Shown one piece after another: positions 1-8,698 of a stretch of 64,000 nt of DNA. The notes under the pieces are model-generated. The model was not told where the DNA came from. It did not search any database and saw only the letters and a program-made list of their open reading frames with translations. Location: NCBI GenBank assembly GCA_963663895.2, contig CAXXRD010000001.1, forward strand, positions 288,001 through 352,000, written 5' to 3'. The number at the start of each line of letters is the position of its first letter. Within the stretch, counting starts at the first letter, position 1. Made by a program: the position numbers and the translations under genes. The DNA comes from Dehalococcoidia bacterium. Lineage in GTDB: Bacteria; Chloroflexota; Dehalococcoidia; Bin125.

Positions 1-2
1 TG

Positions 3-455
3 CGGCACATTGAAGGACTCCCGGACGGGCGTTACAACATCATTTGCCAAGGCGTCCAGCGTTTCCGCGTCCTGGAGCCGCTCAGCGCGGACCCCTACCT
101 CCGCGCCGAAGTAGAGTTCCTGCCGGAGCCCCAAGACGCCAACGACGAACCCGTCGCTGGCCTCTCTCCCGCCGTGGCCGCGCAGTTCCGGCGATACTCC
201 GCCCTGGCCCTAGCCCTCCAGGACAGCTGGCAGCGCGAGGTACCCCACCCCATCCGTCCCGTCTTCCTCGCCGACTACATCGCCGCCCGCCTCGACGTCT
301 CCACACAGGTGAAGCAAGAAGTCCTGGGAGAGCCCACAGCGTTCCGGCGCCTCGAATTTCTCTTGCGCGTGCTGCAGAAGGAGAATCAATCGCTCGCGCA
401 GCGCCTGCTGCTCCACCGTCGCCACAAGCTGCACGGCCTCGGCGCAGGCAACTAG
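3..455 (+). CDS. LON peptidase substrate-binding (Lon N-terminal) domain protein, 5' end outside window
   Basis: Frame open from base 3: RHIEGLPDGRYNIICQGVQRFRVLEPLSADPYLRAEVEFL...KQEVLGEPTAFRRLEFL, typical of the Lon-N domain; stop at 455. Confidence 0.8.
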   Translation, partial: RHIEGLPDGRYNIICQGVQRFRVLEPLSADPYLRAEVEFLPEPQDANDEPVAGLSPAVAAQFRRYSALALALQDSWQREVPHPIRPVFLADYIAARLDVSTQVKQEVLGEPTAFRRLEFLLRVLQKENQSLAQRLLLHRRHKLHGLGAGN

Positions 456-477
456 CACACTCGCACCCTCCCCTGCG

Positions 478-1290
478 ATGCGCGCCATCAACGACGCAAG
501 CGGCTGGTGGGGACCGCCCGGTCGCGCTCCCTCCCCACTTTCCATCACCGCCCTCATGGAGGCGAAGACCCTTTCACCGGAACTCACCGCCCTGCTATGG
601 ACCATGCTCGAAGGCGGCGCCTCTCTCATTGTGGCCGCAGGGCCCCAGAGCGCCGGCAAAACCACGCTCCTCACCGCACTCCTCTCCCTCCTCCCGCCCG
701 CGACTACCGCCTACTACACCCAAGGCTTCGGCGAATCCTTCGCCGACCTCCCATCCCGCCAGGCCGGCGATCCGCCCACCTTCATCCTCATCAACGAGAT
801 CAGCGATCACCTCTCCACCTATCTCTGGGGGCCACCTGTTCAGCGCGCCTTCTCCCTCCTCCGGGAAGGCTATGCCTTGGCCGGAACCATGCACGCCAAC
901 CACGCCGAGGAATGTCTCTGGCAGCTCCACTACGGCTGCGGCGTTCCCGCGGACGATCTCGCGCGCTGCGACCTCATCCTCACCATGACCGCGGAGCCGG
1001 GCCGCCGCCGCGTGGCGCAGCTCTTCGCCCTCGCACCGGGCGCGCCCATCGTGCCGCTAGCCTGGTGGGACCGCAGCCACGACGCCTACGTCGTCCTCGA
1101 AAGCGAGGATGCCCGCCGTCGCGCCGCCGCCGTGATCGAGGCCACTCCTCACGCGCTTGCCGCCGAGATCCAGCGCCGCGCCACCTGGCTCATAGCGCTC
1201 ACCGTCACGGGCGCTAACAGCCCGGACGACATCGCAGTCGCGATCGACGCCTTCCACTCCGCGACCGAAGACAGAGCCGAGAGACAGTAA
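478..1290 (+). CDS. Short type II/IV secretion-family (CpaF/VirB11-like) P-loop ATPase
   Basis: Walker A GPQSAGKTT, Walker B-like FILINE, His box GTMHA; lacks the usual N-terminal domain. Confidence 0.75.
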   Translation: MRAINDASGWWGPPGRAPSPLSITALMEAKTLSPELTALLWTMLEGGASLIVAAGPQSAGKTTLLTALLSLLPPATTAYYTQGFGESFADLPSRQAGDPPTFILINEISDHLSTYLWGPPVQRAFSLLREGYALAGTMHANHAEECLWQLHYGCGVPADDLARCDLILTMTAEPGRRRVAQLFALAPGAPIVPLAWWDRSHDAYVVLESEDARRRAAAVIEATPHALAAEIQRRATWLIALTVTGANSPDDIAVAIDAFHSATEDRAERQ

Positions 1291-1363
1291 AACCCCGCAA
1301 AGGACACCCGCAGCCCGCTGCCGTCCCCACTACCTCCCGCAGCAACTCCCGATCCAGGTTGCC

Positions 1364-2059
1364 TTAAGCACCGAGCGCCTTGACTGCCGCCTCAAGGTTC
1401 GACAAGTCCGGTAACGTGACGTCCGGCCTCGCCGCCTCCAGCTCCTCTCGGGTCGCGAAACCGGTCGCAACCGCTACCGCCCGCGCCTCGATCGCGCGGG
1501 CTGCTCGAACATCGTGCGGCGTGTCCCCGATCACCACCACGGCAGCGTCCGGCGCACGTGGCCGCAAGCGCGAAACCCCAATCGCCAATAGCTCCGCCCT
1601 CTCCTCCGAGTCCTCGCCGAAGCCGCCGTCGCCGAAGTAGCCCTGCAAGCCGAAATGCGCCAGCTTGATAAATCCCGATCGCCGGAAGTTCCCCGTCCCC
1701 AGCCCCAGCACCGCCCCCCGCGCCCCCAACGTGCGCAGGAGCTGACGCACGCCCGGCAAGACGCAACCGTCCGTTTTCGCCAAGACCCCCGGGAGAATCG
1801 AAGCATACGCATCCAGGAGGGCGGCTCGGGTTTCGGTGCGGTCCGGCAGTCCATGCAGCGCCAATGCTCGCCCCACGATCCACGAGTCCGAGCGGCCGCT
1901 CAACTCGATCGAGCGCAGCGCCTCTGGCACGCCGAACATCTGATCAAACGCCAGCGCCAGCGCCCGCACGCCTGCGCCGCCCACCCGAATCAGCGTGCCA
2001 TCGATATCGCACAGAACGATTGGCCCAGGCGCTGGATCGGACGCAGCCTCAGTCGTCAA
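1364..2059 (-). CDS. HAD family hydrolase (phosphoglycolate phosphatase-like)
   Basis: Motif I DIDGTL, LGTGN, motif IV IGDTPHD. Confidence 0.9.
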   Translation of the reverse strand: MTTEAASDPAPGPIVLCDIDGTLIRVGGAGVRALALAFDQMFGVPEALRSIELSGRSDSWIVGRALALHGLPDRTETRAALLDAYASILPGVLAKTDGCVLPGVRQLLRTLGARGAVLGLGTGNFRRSGFIKLAHFGLQGYFGDGGFGEDSEERAELLAIGVSRLRPRAPDAAVVVIGDTPHDVRAARAIEARAVAVATGFATREELEAARPDVTLPDLSNLEAAVKALGA

Positions 2060-2639
2060 GATCGACGTCCGCGAAGCCGCCGCGCACCCGCAGGCGCAGA
2101 CCCTTCGCCTCCTCGGGCACGTCGAACACCAACACCAAATCCACGGTCAACCCCGGCTGAAGCTCCACCGTCAGCCCGTCCTCCCGCGCGGGGTCCCGTA
2201 GCGCAGCGGTCGCACTCGCCTCCGGCACGGGCGAATAACTGCGACCCAGCTCGTCAAGCAGCTGTACTCGTTCGCGCAGCGTGATCGGATCCATTCCTGT
2301 GTTGCGCGCCGTCAACGCAATCACTACGAAGCGCCCCTGCGCGTCAACACCGTCGCGGTTCTCCCCCACCTGACTGCCAAAGCGGCGCTCGGTAACCAAA
2401 AGTCGCAGGTCTCCCACTTGGAACGCCTCCGCCAGCGCCACTACGGCGCCGGCAAACTCCACCCGCCCACCCATGGCGTCGCCGACTTCGGACGCTCCCT
2501 CCGAGGAGAGGGCGAGCGGATCCTCGTCATCACCCGACTCGAATTGGCCCGTCGCGAACAAGAACACCACCACCGCCACCACCACCGCGCCAACGAACAA
2601 CGCGAACACCTGTGTGCTGCGTAAGACCTGCCAGTTCAC
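2049..2639 (-). CDS. Membrane-anchored DUF4352-like protein
   Basis: N-terminal TM helix; GRFVVIALTARNTG, LLDELGRSY, ELQPG...LVFDVP pattern. Confidence 0.75.
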   Translation of the reverse strand: MNWQVLRSTQVFALFVGAVVVAVVVFLFATGQFESGDDEDPLALSSEGASEVGDAMGGRVEFAGAVVALAEAFQVGDLRLLVTERRFGSQVGENRDGVDAQGRFVVIALTARNTGMDPITLRERVQLLDELGRSYSPVPEASATAALRDPAREDGLTVELQPGLTVDLVLVFDVPEEAKGLRLRVRGGFADVDLDD

Positions 2640-2836
2640 TCGATCACCACCGGATCCAGCCCCCTGATCTGCAAAAATCCTCGAATCAAGTCCGGCCGGC
2701 CGCCTGCCTCATCAAACGCAAGCACCCGGCTACTCCCCTGCCGCTGCGGCGCACGACTCCGTGCATAGACCATAGCGGGCTATCCCCAGCGCGGCGACGA
2801 GCGTCGTCCGGCCGTCGCACGCCGGTGGAGTCAGCC

Positions 2837-2864
2837 GATCTTCTCTCAAGATCAGTCAAGATCA
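2837..2864. promoter_or_regulatory. Candidate operator: inverted repeat GATCTT-N5-AAGATC overlapping direct repeat TCAAGATCA x2
   Basis: Seen directly in the 320-nt intergenic region upstream of the DUF4352 gene. Confidence 0.3.
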
Positions 2865-2915
2865 ACAGACCGGGCGACCGCCGATCGGATCCCCGGCCAC
2901 ATGGGCCACCGCACC

Positions 2916-2961
2916 GGGAAAAGCACACCCTTCCGCTTTCACTGGCAGCGGGTGAGGGCGC
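2916..2961 (-). terminator. Possible intrinsic terminator after the rhodanese gene
   Basis: Minus strand imperfect stem GCGCCCT..CCGCT / AGCGG..AGGGTGTGC followed by TTTT, directly after the stop. Confidence 0.3.
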
Positions 2962-3309
2962 CTACTTCTCCGTTGGCAGCCCGGCTTCGATCCAAGCGTC
3001 CGTCCCACCTTCGATATTGTACAGCTTGGTAAACCCAGCCGCCGCCGCGAACTCCGCCGCCACAGCGCTGCGCTGACCCTTCTTACAGATGAACATCACC
3101 GGCGCCTCTTTGCTGCCCGCCACTTGCTCTACTTCAGCCGCGCGCGAGAACACGTGCTTGTGCGGAATCAGCGGGGCACCGACCACGTGCCCCTCCGCGT
3201 ACTCATCCGCCTCGCGCACGTCGATCACCGGCACGCCCGCGATCTGCAACTCGCGTGCCTCTTGTACCGTGATCCGCTCGAACGGCTCCGCCAGCTCTTC
3301 ACTCATCAT
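2962..3309 (-). CDS. Rhodanese-like domain protein
   Basis: VIDVREADEYAEGHVVGA, active loop CKKGQRS, NIEGGTDAW; start trimmed to the ATG ATG at 3309. Confidence 0.9.
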   Translation of the reverse strand: MMSEELAEPFERITVQEARELQIAGVPVIDVREADEYAEGHVVGAPLIPHKHVFSRAAEVEQVAGSKEAPVMFICKKGQRSAVAAEFAAAAGFTKLYNIEGGTDAWIEAGLPTEK

Positions 3310-3405
3310 CGTCACCTTCGTCAGCCAGGCCACACCGGCCCTCGCGCCCATACTTCTCCGCAGTGTATCCCAGCCACCAGCACGACCGCCTGCTCCATGC
3401 GCAGG

Positions 3406-3435
3406 TTGACCGCCTCTCTGCAGCTCAATTAGCCT
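3406..3435 (+). promoter_or_regulatory. Putative sigma70-type promoter of acsA
   Basis: TTGACC-N18-TAGCCT about 65 nt upstream of the ATG. Confidence 0.35.
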
Positions 3436-3501
3436 CCCGCCGCCGTAGCGACCACGCCGCGCGGATGCAGCTAGGCGACGCGCCGCCCGCGGGGGGCGAC
3501 C

Positions 3502-5265
3502 ATGGACTACCAGCCGATCGTCAAGCCACCGCTCGATCAATTCTCCGTCTCCCCCAACCTCAATGACTGGAAAGCGCGTCGCGCTGCACACAGCTGGGAT
3601 GCCGTCCGTGCCGAGCTAGACGGTCTCCCGAACGGCGGCGGCCTCAACCTCGCCCACGAAGCGATCGACCGCCACGCCAACAACACTCCCGACAAGGTGG
3701 CGATGCGTTGGGTCACGGCCGCAGGTGAGGGCGAAGACTATACCTACGCGGATATGAAGCGTCTCTCCAACAGGTTCGCCAACGCTCTCCGCGATCTCGG
3801 CATCCAGAAAACCGACCGGGTCTTCGTATTCATGGATCGCACCCCAGAGCTCTATGCCGCCGTCTTCGGCACCCTCAAGAACCTCAGCATCATCGGACCG
3901 CTCTTCTCCGCCTTCGGACCGGAGCCCGTCCGCGATCGCCTCCAGCACAGCCACGCCCGTGTCCTCGTCACCACTCCCGCCCTCTACAAGAAAGTCGAGC
4001 AGATCCGCGCCGACCTCCCCCACCTCGAGCACGTCCTCCTCACCGACCATGGCGCCACGGTCCCCGAGATCCCCGGCACCCAGCCCCTCGACGCCCTTCT
4101 CAACGCCGCCTCCGAAGAGTTCGAGATCCCACCGACCGCCGCCGAGGACTGGTCCGTCATGCATTACACCAGTGGGACCACCGGCAAACCGAAAGGCGCC
4201 GCCCACGTGCACAGCGCCGTCCTCGGGCACTACCTCACGGGTAAATACGCTCTCGACCTCCACCCCGAGGACCTCTACTGGTGCACCGCCGATCCCGGCT
4301 GGGTCACCGGCACCTCCTACGGCATGTTCGCACCATGGACCAACGGCGTGACCAACATCATCTACGCCGGCGGCTTCGGCGCGCGCGGCTGGTATCGCGT
4401 TCTGCAAGACCAGCAAGTCACCGTCTGGTACACCGCCCCTACCGCCATTCGCATGCTCATGAAAGCCGGCACTGCCGTCGTCAAGTCCTTCGACACCTCT
4501 GCCCTGCGCTTCATGGCCAGCGTCGGCGAGCCCCTCAACCCCGAAGCCGTGCTCTGGGGGCAAGAAGCGTTCGGCATCCCCTTCCACGACAACTGGTGGC
4601 AGACCGAAACCGGGATGATCATGATCGCCAACTACGCCTCCCAAGACATCCGTCCCGGGTCCATGGGCCGCCCGATGCCCGGCGTCGAGCCGGCCATCAT
4701 CCAACACAACGAGGCCAGCGAAACGTACGAAGCGGTCGTCGAGCCCGGCGTCGAAGGCGACCTCGCGGTCCGCCCTGGCTGGCCCTCCATGTTCCGCACT
4801 TATTGGGAAGACCAAGAACGCTACGCCAGCCGCTTCAAAGACGGCTGGTACCTCACCGGCGATCGCGCCCGCCGCGATGCCGACGGCTATTTTTGGTTCG
4901 TTGGCCGCTCGGATGACGTGATCAACACCGCCGGCCACCTCGTCGGCCCCTTCGAAGTCGAGAGCGCCCTCATTGAGCACGAAGCGGTCGCCGAAGCCGG
5001 CGTGATCGGCAAGCCCGACCCCATCGCCATGGAGATCGTCAAAGCGTTCGTCGCCCTCAAAGACGGCTACACGCCCAGCGACAGCCTGCGCAACGAGCTC
5101 ATCGGCTTCGCCCGCCGGAAGCTCGGCCCCGGCGTCGCTCCTCGCGAGATCGACTTTCTGCCCTCACTCCCCAAGACACGCAGCGGCAAGATCATGCGCC
5201 GCCTCCTCAAGGCGCGAGAGCTCGGTCTGCCCGAAGGCGACACCAGCACCCTCGAAGACGACTAG
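3502..5265 (+). CDS. acsA: Acetate--CoA ligase (AMP-forming)
   Basis: YTSGTTGKPKG, WWQTETG, YLTGD, PKTRSGKIMRRLL. Confidence 0.95.
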   Translation: MDYQPIVKPPLDQFSVSPNLNDWKARRAAHSWDAVRAELDGLPNGGGLNLAHEAIDRHANNTPDKVAMRWVTAAGEGEDYTYADMKRLSNRFANALRDLGIQKTDRVFVFMDRTPELYAAVFGTLKNLSIIGPLFSAFGPEPVRDRLQHSHARVLVTTPALYKKVEQIRADLPHLEHVLLTDHGATVPEIPGTQPLDALLNAASEEFEIPPTAAEDWSVMHYTSGTTGKPKGAAHVHSAVLGHYLTGKYALDLHPEDLYWCTADPGWVTGTSYGMFAPWTNGVTNIIYAGGFGARGWYRVLQDQQVTVWYTAPTAIRMLMKAGTAVVKSFDTSALRFMASVGEPLNPEAVLWGQEAFGIPFHDNWWQTETGMIMIANYASQDIRPGSMGRPMPGVEPAIIQHNEASETYEAVVEPGVEGDLAVRPGWPSMFRTYWEDQERYASRFKDGWYLTGDRARRDADGYFWFVGRSDDVINTAGHLVGPFEVESALIEHEAVAEAGVIGKPDPIAMEIVKAFVALKDGYTPSDSLRNELIGFARRKLGPGVAPREIDFLPSLPKTRSGKIMRRLLKARELGLPEGDTSTLEDD

Positions 5266-5273
5266 GTCCTCCC

Positions 5274-5858
5274 ATGCCCCAATACTCCAACGCCGACATC
5301 GCCGCTTTGACTGAAAAAATGGCAACTGAACGCGCCGCGCTCTTCGCCATCGCCGAGAGCCTCACCGAGGGACGGGCCAATGCCGTCCCCCAGAACGCCG
5401 TGGGGGAAGAGCAGTGGACGGCCAAGGAGCAACTCGCGCATCTCCTCGAGTCCGACCGCATGCATGTGAACTTCGCGCGCGCCGCGCTCGAACAAAACGG
5501 CGCCGACATCACCGGCCTGCGGACGGCCATCGGCGAGGGAGTCGCCATCCCCATCGAGGACGCGCCCGGCCATTCGATCCCGGAAATCGTCGCCGCCATG
5601 AAGGAGGAGCGGGCTCGCGCCCTCGCCTTCATCGCCACGCTCTCCCCCTCCGATTTCGAGCGCACAGCGAAGGACAACGAGTTCGGCGAACTCACCGTTA
5701 TGCAGTGGCTCCGCTCCCTGTACCGGCACGACCGCCAGCATGCCGCCCAAATCCAGGACCGCCCGTCCGACTACGAACCACGCTATCTCAGCGGCAAGGA
5801 ACCCGAACAACGCCTCGCACGCATCGCCAAACACAAGGCGCGTCAAGCACCCGCCTAG
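5274..5858 (+). CDS. DinB family protein
   Basis: WTAKEQLAHL and HDRQHAAQI motifs. Confidence 0.8.
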   Translation: MPQYSNADIAALTEKMATERAALFAIAESLTEGRANAVPQNAVGEEQWTAKEQLAHLLESDRMHVNFARAALEQNGADITGLRTAIGEGVAIPIEDAPGHSIPEIVAAMKEERARALAFIATLSPSDFERTAKDNEFGELTVMQWLRSLYRHDRQHAAQIQDRPSDYEPRYLSGKEPEQRLARIAKHKARQAPA

Positions 5859-5875
5859 TCCGCTCGGCCGCCGTC

Positions 5876-6859
5876 ATGCGAGTCTTCGTCACACGGGACC
5901 TTCCCGGCCGCGGCCTCGACCGCCTCCGCCACGAGCCGGGACTCCACGTCGACCTCTGGCCGGAGGAGTTCCCACCACCGCGCCGCGCCATGCTGCAGCG
6001 CACCGCCAACGCCGCCGGCCTCCTCTGTCTCATCACGGACCGCGTCGACACAGAGCTCTTGGAGCACGCCGGCCCGCAGCTCAAGGTCGTCTCGCAGATG
6101 GCCGTCGGTGTCGACAATATCGACGTCGCCGCCTGCGCCGCGCGCGGGATTCCCGTCGGGAACACACCGGGCGTCCTCACCGAGACCACCGCCGATCTTG
6201 CCTTCGCTCTGCTCCTCGCTGCCGCCCGGCGCCTCGTCGAAGCGGCCTCCTACGTGCGTCTCGGACAGTGGCGCACTTGGTCGCCCACCACGCTGGCCGG
6301 CGCAGACATCCACGGCGCCACCCTCGGCATCATCGGCTTTGGAGCCATCGGCCAAGCCCTCGCCACCCGCGCCACCGGCTTCGGCATGCGCACGCTCTAC
6401 TGGTCGCGCCGGCAGAAGCCCCAGGCGGCAGAGCGCCTCGGGGCCAGCTACCAGGACTTGCCCGCGCTCCTCGCACAATCCGACTTCGTCAGCGTGCACT
6501 GCGCCCTCACAGCGGAAACTCACCACCTCATAGACGCAGACGCTCTCGCCTGCATGCCCGCACACGCCATCCTCATCAACACCGCTCGCGGTCCCCTCGT
6601 CGACGAAGCGGCCCTGATCGAAGCCTTGCGTAACCGGCGGATCGCTGGCGCAGCCCTGGATGTCGTCACGACCGAGCCCATCAAGTCCGATAACCCCCTC
6701 CTCGCCATGCCCAATGTGATCGTCCTCCCGCACATCGGCTCCGCCAGCCTCGCCACCCGCACGAAAATGGCCGATCTGGCGGTCGATAATCTCCTCGCAG
6801 GTCTCCGGGGCCAGCCCCTGCCCCACCAAGTCCCGCCTCCAGAGCCGCGCACGCGTTGA
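5876..6859 (+). CDS. D-glycerate dehydrogenase / glyoxylate reductase
   Basis: MRVFVTR start, NTPGVLTETTAD, GIIGFGAIG, INTARG, LPHIGSA. Confidence 0.92.
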   Translation: MRVFVTRDLPGRGLDRLRHEPGLHVDLWPEEFPPPRRAMLQRTANAAGLLCLITDRVDTELLEHAGPQLKVVSQMAVGVDNIDVAACAARGIPVGNTPGVLTETTADLAFALLLAAARRLVEAASYVRLGQWRTWSPTTLAGADIHGATLGIIGFGAIGQALATRATGFGMRTLYWSRRQKPQAAERLGASYQDLPALLAQSDFVSVHCALTAETHHLIDADALACMPAHAILINTARGPLVDEAALIEALRNRRIAGAALDVVTTEPIKSDNPLLAMPNVIVLPHIGSASLATRTKMADLAVDNLLAGLRGQPLPHQVPPPEPRTR

Positions 6860-6942
6860 CGCTGTTTTCAGCCTCCGCCTAGGATGCGGCCAGCACCAAA
6901 ACACCGAGTTCGCGACCCCGTCGACGGGCCCTTCGGCAGCGG

Positions 6943-7590
6943 ATGCGCGCCAGTAGTAGCGACCCCGGCAACCTATGGCTCGCCCGCATCCTTTGGGATT
7001 CGGGCGCGGTCGAGTTTGGGAAGTTCAACGTCGGCTCCACCACCGACTCCCCGATCTGGGTCAACGTCAGACGCATCGTCAGCAACCCGCGTGCCCTGCG
7101 CGCGGTCGGTCAGCTCATCCGCGAGCACACCCGCACCCTCAGCGGCATGTTGCGCCCCGCCATGGCCCCCTTCGAACTCGTCGCCGGCGTTCCTATCGGC
7201 GGCCTCCACATCGCGACCGCTTACGCCCTCGTCGCCGACCTCCCGCTCATCTACCCCCACCCGCGCGCCGGCACAGAGCACTACGAAGAGATCGAGGGAT
7301 CATACTTCCCCGGCCAGACCGCGCTCATCGTGGACGACCTCATCACCGGCGGCACCAGCATGCTCGCCACCGCCGAGACCCTCCGCTCCGCCGGCCTCAT
7401 GGTCCACGACGCCGTCGCCCTCCTCGACCGTCAAGCGGGGGGCCAGCAGCGCTTGCAGGCCGTCGGCATCCAGCTGCACGCCCTGCTCACCCTCGAAATG
7501 CTGCTCAACTACCTCGAATCATCCAACCGCATCACCGAGGCGCAGTACGCCCGCTGCATGGCCTACATCCAGCGCACCAACGAGTACTGA
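6943..7590 (+). CDS. Orotate phosphoribosyltransferase-like type I PRTase (divergent)
   Basis: PRPP loop LIVDDLITGGTS, GVPIGG, LLDR; canonical RK..K.HG loop absent. Confidence 0.75.
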   Translation: MRASSSDPGNLWLARILWDSGAVEFGKFNVGSTTDSPIWVNVRRIVSNPRALRAVGQLIREHTRTLSGMLRPAMAPFELVAGVPIGGLHIATAYALVADLPLIYPHPRAGTEHYEEIEGSYFPGQTALIVDDLITGGTSMLATAETLRSAGLMVHDAVALLDRQAGGQQRLQAVGIQLHALLTLEMLLNYLESSNRITEAQYARCMAYIQRTNEY

Positions 7591-7611
7591 GGGGTCGAGA
7601 AAGCCGCGCGT

Positions 7612-7827
7612 CTACAACAGCCGCCACAGCGGCTTGCGGCCGGGCCGCGGATCGTAGTTCGCCTTGAACATCTCGAGCTTATCGCGCTCGATCAAATACT
7701 TCCCCGCGAACAAGGTCGCCGGCACCTTCTTCTGCTTGATCAGGCGCCGCAAACTCTGCGGATGAACCGACAGCTCGCGCGCAGCTTCGACCAAGTCCAG
7801 GTAATTCTCGAACGGCGCCTCGCCCAC
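7612..7827 (-). CDS. Small helix-turn-helix (HTH_17/excisionase-like) DNA-binding protein
   Basis: YLDLVEAARELSVHPQSLRRLIKQKKVPA; SD-like GGAG upstream of the GTG. Confidence 0.85.
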   Translation of the reverse strand: MGEAPFENYLDLVEAARELSVHPQSLRRLIKQKKVPATLFAGKYLIERDKLEMFKANYDPRPGRKPLWRLL

Positions 7828-7996
7828 GACCGCTCCATCTCTATTCGCTCATCTGCATATGTAATAATACCGGCAGGGATATAATTAGTAAAGTCTCGGT
7901 CCCTTCCTGGGATCCTACTTAATCGACCACGCCACGCTCGCTCGGCTAGCCTCAACTCGCCTTGGATTGCAGCCACACAGCGCATTGCCGGAGAAA

Positions 7997-8698
7997 ATGA
8001 TGAGCGAGGCCCTTCTGGATCAAGCGCGGGCAGAGGGCCGCACCGTGCTCAACGAGGTCGAATCGAAGCAGATCCTCGCGGCCGCTGGTCTCCCCATCAT
8101 TCCTACCGAGCTTGCCACGAGCCCGAGTCACGCCGCCGAGATCGCCGCTGTCCTCGGCTTCCCCGTCGCACTCAAAGTCGTCGCTACCGCCATCTCCCAC
8201 AAAAGCGACCACGGCGGCGTTGTCCTTAACCTCCCAGACGCGGCAGCGGTGCGCGCCGCCTACGACGAGATCCGCGCCGCTACCAGCCACCTCGCCGCCT
8301 TCGAGGGCGTCTCCGTCCAACCGATGGCCGCTCCAGGCGTCGAACTCGTGGTCGGACTCGCGCGCGATCCCCAATTCGGACCCGTCGTGATGGTGGGGCT
8401 GGGGGGCGTCTTGGTTGAACTGCTGGAAGACATCGCGCTTCGCCTCGTTCCCCTGACCCCGTCCGACGCCGCCGCGATGATCCGCGAGATCAAAGGCCTC
8501 CCTCTACTCCAGGGCTACCGCGGCGCCCTGCCCGCAGACCTCGCCGCCATTGAGGCGATCCTCCTCGCCGTCTCCCGCTTCGCCGTCGCGAATCCCGACA
8601 TCGCCGAACTCGACCTGAACCCGGTCATCGCCGGCCCCGACGGCGCGCGCGCGGTCGACGCCCGTATCGTGCTGATCGAGAACGAGCACTCCCCGTGA
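7997..8698 (+). CDS. ADP-forming acyl-CoA ligase, ATP-grasp (beta) subunit
   Basis: GFPVALK, HKSDHGGV, DPQFGP, ELDLNP, AVDARI. Confidence 0.9.
   Translation: MMSEALLDQARAEGRTVLNEVESKQILAAAGLPIIPTELATSPSHAAEIAAVLGFPVALKVVATAISHKSDHGGVVLNLPDAAAVRAAYDEIRAATSHLAAFEGVSVQPMAAPGVELVVGLARDPQFGPVVMVGLGGVLVELLEDIALRLVPLTPSDAAAMIREIKGLPLLQGYRGALPADLAAIEAILLAVSRFAVANPDIAELDLNPVIAGPDGARAVDARIVLIENEHSP

Noticed and set aside
7612-7827. Excisionase marking a prophage or ICE
   Set aside because: No integrase, att site or phage genes nearby; it is flanked by backbone genes.
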